NCBI GenBank assembly: GCA_964429575.1
Contig: CAYSCX010000013.1
Coordinates: forward strand, 588-64,587
Reading direction: 5' to 3'
Origin: an uncultured Candidatus Binatia bacterium
Lineage (GTDB): Bacteria; Desulfobacterota; Binatia; Binatales; Binataceae
Length of the DNA stretch: 64,000 bases
This document shows, one piece after another, positions 11,069 to 20,875 of the stretch. Within the stretch, counting starts at the first letter, position 1. Each line of letters begins with the position of its first letter. The notes under the pieces are model-generated. The model was not told the origin of the DNA and searched no databases. It was given only the letters and a program-made list of their open reading frames with translations. Made by a program: the position numbers and the translations under genes.

Positions 11069-13480
11069 CTATTGCCGCAACTCCGCCCCCAGCCGCGCGC
11101 CGAGCTGCTCGACGATGAGCGCTTGCGCACGATTGACCTCCTCATCCCTCAGCGTGCGATCTTTCCCCCTGAACCTAAGAGCCAACGCGACACTCTTCTT
11201 TCCGGCGGTTATCGTCCCGCCTTCATAAACATCGAACACCTCGACAGCCTCGAGCAGCGCAGGTGCGACGTCGCGAATTGCTCGCACGATCTCGTCCGCA
11301 GGAAAATCACGATCGATTACCAGAGCCAGATCACGCCGAACTGATGGGAACCTGGGAGGGGGCTCGATCGCCTTGCGCGGCGAGAAACCATAAGAAATGA
11401 GTTTTCCTATGTCAAGTTCGCACAACCCGCATGCATCGTCCAACTCAAGCCGCAGTGCTTCGGACGGATGCAATTCGCCGAGGTAGCCGAGCGGTTGCGA
11501 ATCGAGAACGATTCTGGCCGTGCGGCCGGGGTGCAGGAACGCCAGCGTGCCGCCAGCGTGCGCCTCGAACTTCACGCGCCCGCTGATGCCCAACGTCTCG
11601 AAGTAGTCTTCAAGTACTCCCTTGAGCGTAAAGAAGCCCGCCTTGAGCGGATTCTCGCCCACTGCCGCTCGCGCGTATGCGCCGTAGCTAAGCATAGCGA
11701 TACGCTGGTCCTCGCGCGCCATGTCCCCGTGCTTCGTGAACACCTTGCCTATCTCGAATGCGTGCAGCGCCGTCGCCTCGCGGTTCAGGTTGAAGCGCAA
11801 TGCGGTGAGCAGGCCGGGAACCAGGCTTCGGCGCAGCTCGCTCAGCTCCATCGAAAGCGGATTTTCGACCACCACCGCCGCGCCCTCGCCGCCGCCCGGA
11901 AAGCGCCGATTGTCGGCGGGTGGAATGAACGCGATGGTTGTCATTTCGGTGAGTCCGCAGCCGAGCATTACTTCGCGCGTCGCGCGCGCGATCTCGCGTT
12001 CGCGGTTGGGTTGCTGATACGCCGTATTTTTCAGCGGCGTGATCGCCGGAATTTCCGCGAGGCCTGAAAGACGCGCAACTTCTTCGGCCAGGTCCGCTGG
12101 CTCATTCAAGTCGGGTCGAAAGGACGGCGGCACAACCTTGAACATGCCGTTTCCCGCGCGCGCGACCTTTGCGCCCAGCGATTTCAAACGCAGTGTCGCG
12201 AGCGGGGCGGGAATCTCCGCCCCCAGCAGCGACCGCATCCACTTCAGATCGAGGCTGATTTCGCGCGGAGCCGCTTTGCGCGGCTCATGGTCGCCAATCG
12301 CGCCTGCCTCGCGCCCGCCGGCGATCTCGCGAATAATCTGCGCGACGCGAACCAGCGCGGCGACCTGCCCGTCGCGATCGATCGCGCGCTCGAACCGATA
12401 GCTCGCCTCGCTGCGCAGCCCCAGCCGTCGCGACGTACGCGCGATGGTCATCGGCTCGAAGTACGCACTTTCGAGCAGGATGGTGGTTGCCGCTTCGCTG
12501 ACCTCCGAGTTGAGCCCGCCCATGATACCCGCGATTGCGAGCGGTTTTTCGGGGTCGGCAATCAGCAGATCATCGGGACGAAGTTCGCGCGTCACGTTGT
12601 CGAGCGTCACGAACTGGCGGTCGTCGCCGGCGCGCCGAACGATGATGCGGCGGCTCGCAATACGCTCAAGGTCGAATGCGTGCAGCGGCTGCCCGCGCTC
12701 GAGCATCACGTAGTTGGTCGCGTCGACCACGTTGTTGAGCGCGCGCATCGCGCAAAGCTCGAGCCTGCGCCGCACCCACATCGGTGAGGGGCCAATCTTG
12801 ATGCGCGACATCACCAGCCCCACATATCGCGGACAGAGGTCCGGTGCCGCCATGTCGACTGAAAAAGCGAGCGCAGGATCGGCGCTGCGTGTGATCGGCG
12901 GTTTGAGCCGCGGCAATTTCAGCTTCAAGCCAAACACCGCCGCGACCTCGCGCGCGAGGCCGAGTACCGATGCGCAGTCTCCACGGTTGGGCGCAATCGC
13001 CACGTCGAACACGGTGTCATCGAGCCCCATATACTCCGCGACGTCCGCACCAAGCGGCGCGTCATCGGGCAGTGTGATGATTCCGCCATGCTGGTCGGAG
13101 AGGCCCAATTCGCGCTCGGAGCAAAGCATTCCCTGCGAAGTGACTCCGCGAATCGTTGCGGCTTCGAGCGCAGGCGCATCGCCGAGCTTCGCTCCGACCG
13201 CCGCGAAAGCGCCCATCATCCCCGCGCGTACGTTCGGGGCGCCGCACACCACTTTGTACAAAGCGCCCGCGCCCGCATCGACCTCGCACAGGCTCAGCCG
13301 GTCGGCATTCGGATGCTTCTCGACGTTCAGCACCTTTCCAACGGTCACTCCGGAAAATGCGGGCTTCAGCCGTTCCACCGATTCGATCTCGAGGCCGGCG
13401 ACCGTAACCCGGTTGGCGATCTCGCCGGGGTCCGCCTCGATCGCGACGAACTCCCGAAGCCACGAGAGCGGGAGTTTCAC
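11069..13480 (-). CDS. pheT: Phenylalanine--tRNA ligase beta subunit.
   Basis: The 803-aa protein has the tRNA-binding, B3/B4, B5 and FDX-ACB domain pattern. Its stop overlaps ihfA, and it overlaps the pheS start by 4 bp. Confidence 0.95.
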   Translation of the reverse strand: MKLPLSWLREFVAIEADPGEIANRVTVAGLEIESVERLKPAFSGVTVGKVLNVEKHPNADRLSLCEVDAGAGALYKVVCGAPNVRAGMMGAFAAVGAKLGDAPALEAATIRGVTSQGMLCSERELGLSDQHGGIITLPDDAPLGADVAEYMGLDDTVFDVAIAPNRGDCASVLGLAREVAAVFGLKLKLPRLKPPITRSADPALAFSVDMAAPDLCPRYVGLVMSRIKIGPSPMWVRRRLELCAMRALNNVVDATNYVMLERGQPLHAFDLERIASRRIIVRRAGDDRQFVTLDNVTRELRPDDLLIADPEKPLAIAGIMGGLNSEVSEAATTILLESAYFEPMTIARTSRRLGLRSEASYRFERAIDRDGQVAALVRVAQIIREIAGGREAGAIGDHEPRKAAPREISLDLKWMRSLLGAEIPAPLATLRLKSLGAKVARAGNGMFKVVPPSFRPDLNEPADLAEEVARLSGLAEIPAITPLKNTAYQQPNREREIARATREVMLGCGLTEMTTIAFIPPADNRRFPGGGEGAAVVVENPLSMELSELRRSLVPGLLTALRFNLNREATALHAFEIGKVFTKHGDMAREDQRIAMLSYGAYARAAVGENPLKAGFFTLKGVLEDYFETLGISGRVKFEAHAGGTLAFLHPGRTARIVLDSQPLGYLGELHPSEALRLELDDACGLCELDIGKLISYGFSPRKAIEPPPRFPSVRRDLALVIDRDFPADEIVRAIRDVAPALLEAVEVFDVYEGGTITAGKKSVALALRFRGKDRTLRDEEVNRAQALIVEQLGARLGAELRQ

Positions 13481-14535
13481 GTCTCACCTCCGCCTGCGAG
13501 CGCGGGAAACTGCGCGAGGTAGCGCAGGTCATTCTCGAAGAAGAGCCGCATGTCCTCGGCCCCGAGCTTGAGCAGCGCAGGCCGTTCGACCCCAAAACCA
13601 AACGCGAAGCCCTGATACTCGGCCGGGTCGAGCTTCACCGCTCGAAGCACGTTTGGGTGAATCATTCCGCAGCCGAGAATCTCGGTCCATCCGGACTGCT
13701 TGCAGACGCGGCACCCCTTGCCGCCGCAGAGCAAGCAGTGAATGTCCACTTCCGCGCTCGGCTCCGTGAACGGAAAGAAGCTCGCGCGGAAGCGCACGCC
13801 CGTCTCGGGGCCGTAAAACGCGCGCAGGAACTCGGTAAGCACGCCCTTTAGGTGCGCCATCGTGACCAGGCCCGCGCGATCCACCATGAATCCTTCAATC
13901 TGCGTGAACATTGGCGAGGCGCGCACGCTCAGCTCGTCGCGTCGATAGCAGCGTCCCGGGCACACCACCGCCAGCGGAGGCTTGCGCTGCTCCATGATTC
14001 GAATCTGGCCGTTCGACGTGTGTGTGCGCAGAAGCATCCCGCCGCCCACAAAGAACGTGTCCTGCATCTCGCGCGCAGGGTGGTCGGGCGGGAAGTTGAG
14101 CGCCTCGAAGTTGTGAAAGTCGTCTTCGAGGTCCGGAGTGTACGCCACTTCGAACCCCAGTGCACCAAAAATGTCAAGCATTCGCTCGGTAATTTGCGTG
14201 ATCGGATGGATTCGGCCGCGCGGGATGCGCGCCCCCGGGAGTGTGACGTCGAGCTTCGCGGCGCCCAGCGCCCGTTCAAGTCCTTGGCCCCTCGCCGCGT
14301 CCTTGAGCGTCTCAATGCGCGCCTCGAGTTCGCGCTTGATCCGATTGACCAACTGGCCGATGGCGGGGCGTTCGTCCTGCGGGAGCTCGCGCATGCGGCG
14401 CATGATCTCGGTGAGTTCGCCGGTGCGTCCGAGCACCCGCACGCGGACATTCTCGATGGCGGCGTCGCCGGCGCCGTCCGCGAGTTCCGTGCTCGCCCGC
14501 GCTCTGATCTGTTCGATCTCGTCCCTAAGCGTCAC
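13477..14535 (-). CDS. pheS: Phenylalanine--tRNA ligase alpha subunit, with a GTG start.
   Basis: Class II aaRS motifs are present (FRASFFPFTEPSAEVDI…GCGMIHPNVL). An SD (aaggagg) sits 13 nt upstream of the GTG. Confidence 0.95.
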   Translation of the reverse strand: MTLRDEIEQIRARASTELADGAGDAAIENVRVRVLGRTGELTEIMRRMRELPQDERPAIGQLVNRIKRELEARIETLKDAARGQGLERALGAAKLDVTLPGARIPRGRIHPITQITERMLDIFGALGFEVAYTPDLEDDFHNFEALNFPPDHPAREMQDTFFVGGGMLLRTHTSNGQIRIMEQRKPPLAVVCPGRCYRRDELSVRASPMFTQIEGFMVDRAGLVTMAHLKGVLTEFLRAFYGPETGVRFRASFFPFTEPSAEVDIHCLLCGGKGCRVCKQSGWTEILGCGMIHPNVLRAVKLDPAEYQGFAFGFGVERPALLKLGAEDMRLFFENDLRYLAQFPALAGGGET

Positions 14536-14571
14536 AGCCCCGGCGATCCTCCTTCACGTGTTGAGCCGGAA

Positions 14572-14602
14572 ACAAAAAAACCATGTGGTTGCCCACATGG
14601 TT
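14572..14602 (-). terminator. Rho-independent terminator after rplT: a 10-bp perfect stem with a 4-nt loop, followed by UUUUUUUG on the minus strand.
   Basis: On the plus strand the sequence reads aaaaaaaccatgtggttgcccacatggtt. Only about 36 nt separate it from the pheS start, so pheST expression probably depends on read-through. Confidence 0.6.
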
Positions 14603-14635
14603 AATCAGGTGCGCGGCCTTTGAGTGCGATCGGCG

Positions 14636-15001
14636 TCAGGCAGCCGGGATGCCGAGCGCGCTCTTGGCGGTGCGCACCATCTCACCAAATAATCCGTCGC
14701 GATCCATTGCGAGCACCGCGAGTTGTTTGCGATCCAGTTCCACGCCGGCCTTCTTGAGTCCATCGATTAGCCGGCTATAGCTGAGGTCGTGCTCGCGGGC
14801 GAGCGCATTGATTCGCGTGATCCAGAGCGCGCGAAAGTTGCGCTTCTTCTGTTTGCGGTCGCGGTAAGAGTAGGTGAGGCCCTTCTCCAGCGTGCTCCGC
14901 GCCTGCTTAAACAGCGAGCGCCCGCCGACGAAGCCCTTCGCGTGCTTCAGAATCCGCTTGTGTCTGCGGCGGGCCTTGGGACCGCCTTTAGTTCGGGGCA
15001 T
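14636..15001 (-). CDS. rplT: 50S ribosomal protein L20.
   Basis: The protein begins MPRTKGGPKARRRHKRILKHAKGF…, a canonical L20. Confidence 0.95.
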   Translation of the reverse strand: MPRTKGGPKARRRHKRILKHAKGFVGGRSLFKQARSTLEKGLTYSYRDRKQKKRNFRALWITRINALAREHDLSYSRLIDGLKKAGVELDRKQLAVLAMDRDGLFGEMVRTAKSALGIPAA

Positions 15002-15036
15002 TGCGCGTCAGTCCTTCCTGATTGGCCGCTCGTCGA

Positions 15037-15237
15037 TTACCAGCCGTATGGCAGCAGCCGGTGAATCGCTTCGCCGTCAGTCCGGTTGAGGACGCCCGCC
15101 GCACGGAGTCTGCGACGGCGCGTCGCGCCCTTATGGGTAAACTTGTGCCGCGCGTTGGCTTTCTTGTGCTTCACCTTGCCGGTCTTGGTGAAGCGAAAGC
15201 GCTTGGCGGCGCCGCGGTTGGATTTCATCTTCGGCAT
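15037..15237 (-). CDS. rpmI: 50S ribosomal protein L35.
   Basis: The 66-aa protein begins MPKMKSNRGAAKRFRFTKTGKVK…, a canonical L35. Confidence 0.95.
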   Translation of the reverse strand: MPKMKSNRGAAKRFRFTKTGKVKHKKANARHKFTHKGATRRRRLRAAGVLNRTDGEAIHRLLPYGW

Positions 15238-15249
15238 CGTGAATATCCG

Positions 15250-15735
15250 TTAGCGCGGCGTCAGCAGCACCGACATGTTGCGTCCTTCCATGCGGGCCGA
15301 ACCCTCGGCCTGCGACACGTCGGTGACCTGCGCCAGGATCCTTTCGAGCAGGTTGCGCCCGAGTTCCGGGCGGGTGACCTCACGGCCGCGAAACGAAATC
15401 GAGACCTTAACACGCTGCCCTTCGCCGATAAAGCGCCTAATGTGCTTGACCTTGAAATCGACGTCGTGCGGCGCGGTACGCGCGCCCATCTTCACTTCCT
15501 TGACGCCGGAGGCGGTGTGCTTGCGCTGATCGTGCGCCTTCTTTTTTGCAGCATACCGGAACTTGTCGAAATTGATGACGCGGCAGACCGGCGGACTTGC
15601 GTTGGGCGCAACTTCGACCAGGTCCAGCCCGCGCGTCTCGGCGATCTTGAGCGCTTCGCGCAGCGGGACGACCCCGACCTGTGTGCCGTCCGAGTCAATG
15701 ACGCGGACCTCGGCGGCTCGGATGAACTGGTTCAC
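15250..15735 (-). CDS. infC: Translation initiation factor IF-3. The true start is probably a non-canonical codon at or upstream of 15735.
   Basis: The sequence …VRVIDSDGTQVGVVPLREALKIAETRGLDLVEVAPNASPPVCRVINFDKF matches both IF3 domains. The first codon in the track is GTG. infC in other bacteria commonly uses AUU or an atypical start. Confidence 0.9.
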   Translation of the reverse strand: MNQFIRAAEVRVIDSDGTQVGVVPLREALKIAETRGLDLVEVAPNASPPVCRVINFDKFRYAAKKKAHDQRKHTASGVKEVKMGARTAPHDVDFKVKHIRRFIGEGQRVKVSISFRGREVTRPELGRNLLERILAQVTDVSQAEGSARMEGRNMSVLLTPR

Positions 15736-15831
15736 GCGAACCGTGGGTTCTCTCGATGGTGGAGTTCTAAAATCGCGGCGAATAAGACACCTCCTGTCGC
15801 GCCGTGCGGCGCGCCCTTGTCACGATTGCGT

Positions 15832-17745
15832 TCACGACGGTATCGGCTCGCTCTTGAGCAGCCGCATCAGTTCTTCGATGGACATCGTTTCGCTCTTGGC
15901 GCCGCGGAGCCTGCGCAGTGAGACCGTGCGCGCAGCCGCTTCGCGTTCGCCGGCCACGATCATGTACGGGACCTTGGCGATTTCGGCCTCGCGCACCTTG
16001 AAGCCGAGCTTCTCGTTGCGCAGGTCGGCGGTCGCGCGATAGCCGTCGCGCTTGAGACCGTCGGCCAGCTCCTTGGCGAAATCCTCGACCTTTTCACTGA
16101 GCGCGAGCACCCGCACTTGCTCCGGCGCTAACCAAAACGGCAGCACGCCGCCGGTGTGCTCGATGAGCACAGCGATGAAGCGTTCCAGCGAACCAAGGAT
16201 CGCGCGGTGAATCATCACCGGACGTTCCTCGGCGCCGGCGCTCGTGGTGTAGGCCAGTTTGAAGCGTTCGGGCAGGTTGTAATCGACTTGGATCGTCGCC
16301 AACTGCCACTTCCGCTTCAGCGCGTCGGGCACATAGAACTCGATCTTCGGGCCGTAGAATGCGCCTTCCTTCGGATTGATCGTGTATTCAAACCCGCTTT
16401 GCGTCAGCGCATTTCCAAGCGCGGCCTCGGCGTCGCGCCACTGCTCCTCGGCGCCGAGATGTTCGTCGGGCATCGTCGCGAGCTTGAACTCGAGCTGCTC
16501 GAAGCCGAGCGCGCCGTAAACTTCGCGCACCATGCGCAGGTTCGCCTCGACCTCATTCTCAATCTGATCTGGCGTGCAGAAAATGTGCGCATCGTCCTGC
16601 GACATCGAGCGCACCCGCTGAAGTCCGTGCAGCACGCCCGAGCGTTCATTGCGGTGCAGCCGGCCGAAATCAGCGAGACGCATCGGCAGGTCGCGGTACG
16701 AGCGCTTCTCCGAGGCGTAGATCACAGTATGCCCGGGGCAGTTCATCGGCTTGAACGCATAGTCGAGCTCGCCGGTCTTCGACTCGCTCTCCGCGGTCAG
16801 GAACATGTCCGGACGGAAATACGCCCAGTGGCCCGAGGTCTCCCACAGCTCCTTCTTGAAGACTTCCGGCGTGATGACTTCGTCGAAACCGTAGCGGCGG
16901 TACAGGCGGCGGATGTAATCAACCAACTCGTTGTAAATGACCGCGCCGCGCGGCAGGAAAAACGGACAGCCCGGCGTTACCGGATCAAAGATGTAAAGCC
17001 CCATCTCGCGGCCGAGTTTGCGATGGTCGCGCTGGCGGGCGAGCTCGACGAGTTTCAGGTGCTCGTCGAGCGCATCTTTGGTTGCCCACGCCGTTCCGTA
17101 GATGCGCGAGAGCATCGCGTTGCGCGCATCTCCGCGCCAATACGCGCCGGCGACCGAGGTCAGCTTGAACGCGCGCAGATAGCCAGTCGAAGGAACGTGC
17201 GGACCGCGGCAGAGGTCCATCCATTCGCCCTGGTGGTAAATCGAGACGACATCGTCGGGGATGCCCGCGATGATCTCGACTTTGTAGTGCTCACCGAGCG
17301 CGCGGAACTTTTCGATGGCCTCTGCACGCGGAACTTCGGTGCGTTCGATGCGCAGGTTAGCCTTCGCGATCTCGCGCATCTTTGCTTCGATCTTGGGCAA
17401 GTCGTCGGGCGTGAATGGGCGCGAGGGTGCGAAGTCGTAAAAGAATCCGTCCTCGATGACCGGGCCGATCGTGACTTGAGTGCCGGGGAACAACGCCTGC
17501 ACCGCCATCGCCATCAAGTGCGCGGTCGAATGGCGAATCACTTCGAGACCGTCGCGACTCTCGGCGTGGACGGGCTCGACGCTGGCGTCTTCAGTGAGCG
17601 CGCGGCTCAAGTCAACCAGCTTGCCGTTGACGCGCGCTGCCACGATGTCGCGGGTGCGCGCGCCGTCGAGCAATTGATCGACACGCGTGCCGCGTGCGAC
17701 TGCGCGCGTCTGGCCGCCGAGCGTTACCTTAAGCTCGGCGGTCAT
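15832..17745 (-). CDS. thrS: Threonine--tRNA ligase.
   Basis: The 637-aa protein has a TGS domain, a class II core and an anticodon-binding domain. The thrS-infC-rpmI-rplT-pheST-ihfA synteny is conserved. Confidence 0.95.
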   Translation of the reverse strand: MTAELKVTLGGQTRAVARGTRVDQLLDGARTRDIVAARVNGKLVDLSRALTEDASVEPVHAESRDGLEVIRHSTAHLMAMAVQALFPGTQVTIGPVIEDGFFYDFAPSRPFTPDDLPKIEAKMREIAKANLRIERTEVPRAEAIEKFRALGEHYKVEIIAGIPDDVVSIYHQGEWMDLCRGPHVPSTGYLRAFKLTSVAGAYWRGDARNAMLSRIYGTAWATKDALDEHLKLVELARQRDHRKLGREMGLYIFDPVTPGCPFFLPRGAVIYNELVDYIRRLYRRYGFDEVITPEVFKKELWETSGHWAYFRPDMFLTAESESKTGELDYAFKPMNCPGHTVIYASEKRSYRDLPMRLADFGRLHRNERSGVLHGLQRVRSMSQDDAHIFCTPDQIENEVEANLRMVREVYGALGFEQLEFKLATMPDEHLGAEEQWRDAEAALGNALTQSGFEYTINPKEGAFYGPKIEFYVPDALKRKWQLATIQVDYNLPERFKLAYTTSAGAEERPVMIHRAILGSLERFIAVLIEHTGGVLPFWLAPEQVRVLALSEKVEDFAKELADGLKRDGYRATADLRNEKLGFKVREAEIAKVPYMIVAGEREAAARTVSLRRLRGAKSETMSIEELMRLLKSEPIPS

Positions 17746-17820
17746 GAGGAGCCGGTTCTTGAAATGCGCGAGAAGGGCACTGCCTCGTAAGACATCGAAT
17801 AGGCGCGGCTAGCGGGACTT

Positions 17821-17894
17821 GGTAGGCACGGGCGGGATTGAACCGCCGACCCCTTCCGCGTCAAGGAAGTGCTCTCCCACTGAGCTACGTGCCT
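17821..17894 (-). tRNA. tRNA-Val (anticodon GAC).
   Basis: I folded it manually. The acceptor stem is AGGCACG/CGUGCCU, the D-arm GCUC-AGUGGGA-GAGC, the anticodon stem CUUCC/GGAAG with loop UUGACGC, and the T-arm GGCGG-UUCAAUC-CCGCC. The discriminator is A and CC is encoded. Confidence 0.85.
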
Positions 17895-18182
17895 GTGTGT
17901 GCGAGGTTTGAATGGGCCGAAGCAAGCAATGAGATTTGCTAACAAAATTCCGGAGCGCGGGCAACCGGATGGCGGCGAGGTTAGGCTCGCGCGAGGCTTG
18001 CAGGGATGCCGTGACGCGTGCATCTGCGGCGCGCGCAAGTGCATTTTGCGTCGATCGATTGCGCGAGCGACACGCTCAGAATGACGGCGCCGAAGCGCTC
18101 GCAACTGCGATAGAAGCTCACCGGCGTGGCGACCGGCGCGCAACGCATCTGCTAAGCTCTGGCGCCAAGTCGGCGTCACGGC

Positions 18183-19253
18183 ATGGACCGCACACGCATC
18201 CTCCAAGTCTTCTTCTTCGCGTTCCTCGTACTGTTCGCGTACGAGCTGTACGTATTGCTCTCGCCGTTTCTCGCGGCGATCGGTTGGGCAATTCTCTTCG
18301 CGTTCGTCGTGCACCCGCTCGTGGGCCATCTGCAGCGGTGGGTGAAGAGCAGAACGATAGCGGCTGCAATCATCACCGCTGCGGTCGCGCTGGGCGTCAT
18401 CGTGCCGGCGCTTTGGCTATCGGGGCGGCTCGCGGTGGAAGTGCAGAATCTCTATACGTCCGCGACGCAGGCGGCCGGCGGCGATGGGATCGCGTTTGCA
18501 CACCGCTGGGCGGCGCGATCGCCGTTCGTCGCGTCGATCACGGATATGCTCGCGCGTTTCGACGTCAAGCTTGCCGACGAGATCCCCAAGCTTGCTGTAC
18601 AGGCCGCCCAGTTCGGCAGCGATTACGTGGTTCGCAATGTGACGGCGGTCGCGCGGAACGTGATTTCGTTTTTGATCAGCTTTACGATCGTGCTGTTCAC
18701 GCTTTTCTACCTGCTGCGCGACGGCGAGCAGTACTACGAAACGCTGCGTGGACTGACGCCGCTTGAGGAGGGCGACAAGGAGATCGTCTTCGAAGGTCTG
18801 CGTTCGGCGCTTTCCGCGGTGATGCGAGGGCTGCTTCTAACCTCGGTATTGCAGGGCGCCGGGATCGGAATCGGCCTGCTGGTTTGCGGAGTGCCGTACT
18901 CGCTGTTTCTCGCGGTCCTAACCGCGATTTGCTCACTGCTGCCGCTGGTCGGCACGGCGCTCGTCTGGGTGCCGGCGGCGATCTGGCTTCTGTACGCGAG
19001 CGGATGGGGGTGGGCGATCACGTTGGTCGTGTGGTCATCGTTGTGGGCGGCGGTGATCGACAATTTCATCCGCCCCACGATGATGAAGGAAGGTACCGGG
19101 CTGCCGACGATGGCGGTGTTTTTTGGAATGATGGGCGGTCTCGAGGCGTGGGGGTTTATCGGAATGTTCGCGGGCCCGGCGGTGATCGCAATTTTCGCTG
19201 CGCTGCTGAGGGTCTATCGGCGGACTTATGGTGACGGCAAGGCCGCGGCGTAG
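18183..19253 (+). CDS. AI-2E family transporter (PerM/YdiK, UPF0118).
   Basis: It has eight predicted TM helices and the typical AI-2E N-terminal helix pair (FFFAFLVLFAYELYVLLSPFLAAIGWAILFAF). Confidence 0.85.
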   Translation: MDRTRILQVFFFAFLVLFAYELYVLLSPFLAAIGWAILFAFVVHPLVGHLQRWVKSRTIAAAIITAAVALGVIVPALWLSGRLAVEVQNLYTSATQAAGGDGIAFAHRWAARSPFVASITDMLARFDVKLADEIPKLAVQAAQFGSDYVVRNVTAVARNVISFLISFTIVLFTLFYLLRDGEQYYETLRGLTPLEEGDKEIVFEGLRSALSAVMRGLLLTSVLQGAGIGIGLLVCGVPYSLFLAVLTAICSLLPLVGTALVWVPAAIWLLYASGWGWAITLVVWSSLWAAVIDNFIRPTMMKEGTGLPTMAVFFGMMGGLEAWGFIGMFAGPAVIAIFAALLRVYRRTYGDGKAAA

Positions 19254-19323
19254 ATGCGCCGATCGCATCGGTGAAACATCTCGGTAATCGGCACCGCGGT
19301 CACGGCGCTGTCACATCGGCCGT

Positions 19324-20655
19324 TCACAGCAGCGTTCCGCGCAGCAGCCACTGCGCGATATTAAAGTAGATGACAAGCCCGGAGACGTCGACGAGGGTTG
19401 CGACCAATGGCGCCGATGCGCTCGCGGGGTCGAATTTGAACGTGCGCAGCGCGAACGGCAGCATCGCTCCCGCCAACGCGCCCCACGCGACGACTCCCAC
19501 TACGCTCAGCGCCACCGTCATCGCGAGCAGGGAGGCGTGTTCGCCGTAGGAGCCGAAGAGTTGCTCCCACACCATCACGCGCGTCATTCCGATCGTCCCC
19601 AGGATTGCTCCGAGCGCAACCCCCGCAGCCAGCTCGCGCCGAAACACCCGAAACATTTCATGTAGCCGAACTTCTCCGAGCGCCATCGCACGCACGACCA
19701 GCGTGGTGGCCTGCGAGCCGGAGTTGCCACCGCTCGAGATGATGAGTGGAATGAACACCGCAAGGACGACCGCTCTGGCTATGTCGGCCTCGAATCGAGC
19801 CATCGCGGTGGCCGTGAGCATCTCGCCCAGGAACAGCACCACCAGCCAGCCGGCGCGCTTTCGCACGAGTGTGACGAAGCTGGTGCGCCAGTACGGCAGG
19901 TCGAGCGCCTCCATACCGCCCAACTTCTGAATGTCTTCGGTGGCCTCCTCGGCGAGGACATCGACCACGTCGTCGATTGTGACGATGCCCTTGATGCGCC
20001 CGCCGCTGTCGACCACCGGCACCGCGAGCAGATTGCGCCGCGCGATCACCCGCGCGATTTCCTCCTGGTCCATGGTTTCCGGGACCGAAAGCACGTCGCG
20101 ATGCATGATGTCGACGATGAGCTGATCGTCGGGCGCGAGCAGGAGTTCCTTGAAGGAAATGACGCCCATCAACTCCTGCCCGGGGCCGAGAACGTAGGCG
20201 TAGTAGATCGCTTCGGTGCGTTCGACCGCCTGGCGGCGGAGGTACCGAAGCGCCTCTGCGACTCGCATGTCCGGCCGAACGCGCGCGAACCGCGTGTTCA
20301 TCAAGCCGCCAGCCTCATCCTCGACGTACGCGAGCAATGCGGTGACCTCACTGCGCGTGATGTCGTCGAGCAGTTCGATAAGTTCCGCGCGCCGCTCCGG
20401 GGGCGTATTTTGAATAACGTCGGCTGCGTCATCGGGAGCAAGCAGGCGCAGCCAAATGCGGCGCTCTCCGGGTGGCAGTGCGATCAGCAAGGCGGCCTGT
20501 GCGGGTACGGTAAGGCCCTGCATCAATTGCACTGCGGACTCGCGGTCGAGCTGGGCGAAACGCTCGAGCTGTTCCTCGGGCTCGAGCGTTCGCCACACGT
20601 CAAGCAGCTGATCGACGTCGGATCGCTGAGAGGTCTGTGGTTGGGCGTCTGCCAT
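19324..20655 (-). CDS. mgtE: Magnesium transporter MgtE, with an N-terminal domain, tandem CBS domains and a TM domain.
   Basis: The 443-aa protein carries the CBS pair (…VISFKELLLAPDD…) and the C-terminal MgtE membrane domain. Confidence 0.9.
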   Translation of the reverse strand: MADAQPQTSQRSDVDQLLDVWRTLEPEEQLERFAQLDRESAVQLMQGLTVPAQAALLIALPPGERRIWLRLLAPDDAADVIQNTPPERRAELIELLDDITRSEVTALLAYVEDEAGGLMNTRFARVRPDMRVAEALRYLRRQAVERTEAIYYAYVLGPGQELMGVISFKELLLAPDDQLIVDIMHRDVLSVPETMDQEEIARVIARRNLLAVPVVDSGGRIKGIVTIDDVVDVLAEEATEDIQKLGGMEALDLPYWRTSFVTLVRKRAGWLVVLFLGEMLTATAMARFEADIARAVVLAVFIPLIISSGGNSGSQATTLVVRAMALGEVRLHEMFRVFRRELAAGVALGAILGTIGMTRVMVWEQLFGSYGEHASLLAMTVALSVVGVVAWGALAGAMLPFALRTFKFDPASASAPLVATLVDVSGLVIYFNIAQWLLRGTLL

Positions 20656-20875
20656 GGTCTCTCCTCGCGCGCGGTTGATCGGGCCGGAGCGTCGATTCGC
20701 CGCGAAGGTGAAGTAGCACTATAGGTCTAAGCACAAGCGCGGCGCCGGTGATATTGCGATCGACGCCGAGTCTCAACCGCGCGGTCCTTCCTCAGATCGC
20801 TCCGCGCGAAGGCAATTCAGGCCGTATGGAACGCCTTGCTTCGCGGGCGATAAACTTAACGGCGCGGAAACCCGG

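Noticed and set aside
17742-18329. A 195-aa minus-strand ORF that spans the tRNA-Val gene and the AI-2E transporter promoter region.
   Set aside because: It overlaps a structurally validated tRNA and has an Arg/Glu-rich, repetitive N-terminus (REENCPTDRREKRREQY). It is most likely spurious.
20656-20875. A possible M-box (Mg2+) riboswitch in the mgtE leader.
   Set aside because: mgtE is frequently M-box controlled, but I could not recognise the conserved M-box core sequence in either orientation of this 220-bp region. I cannot support a call without a covariance-model scan.
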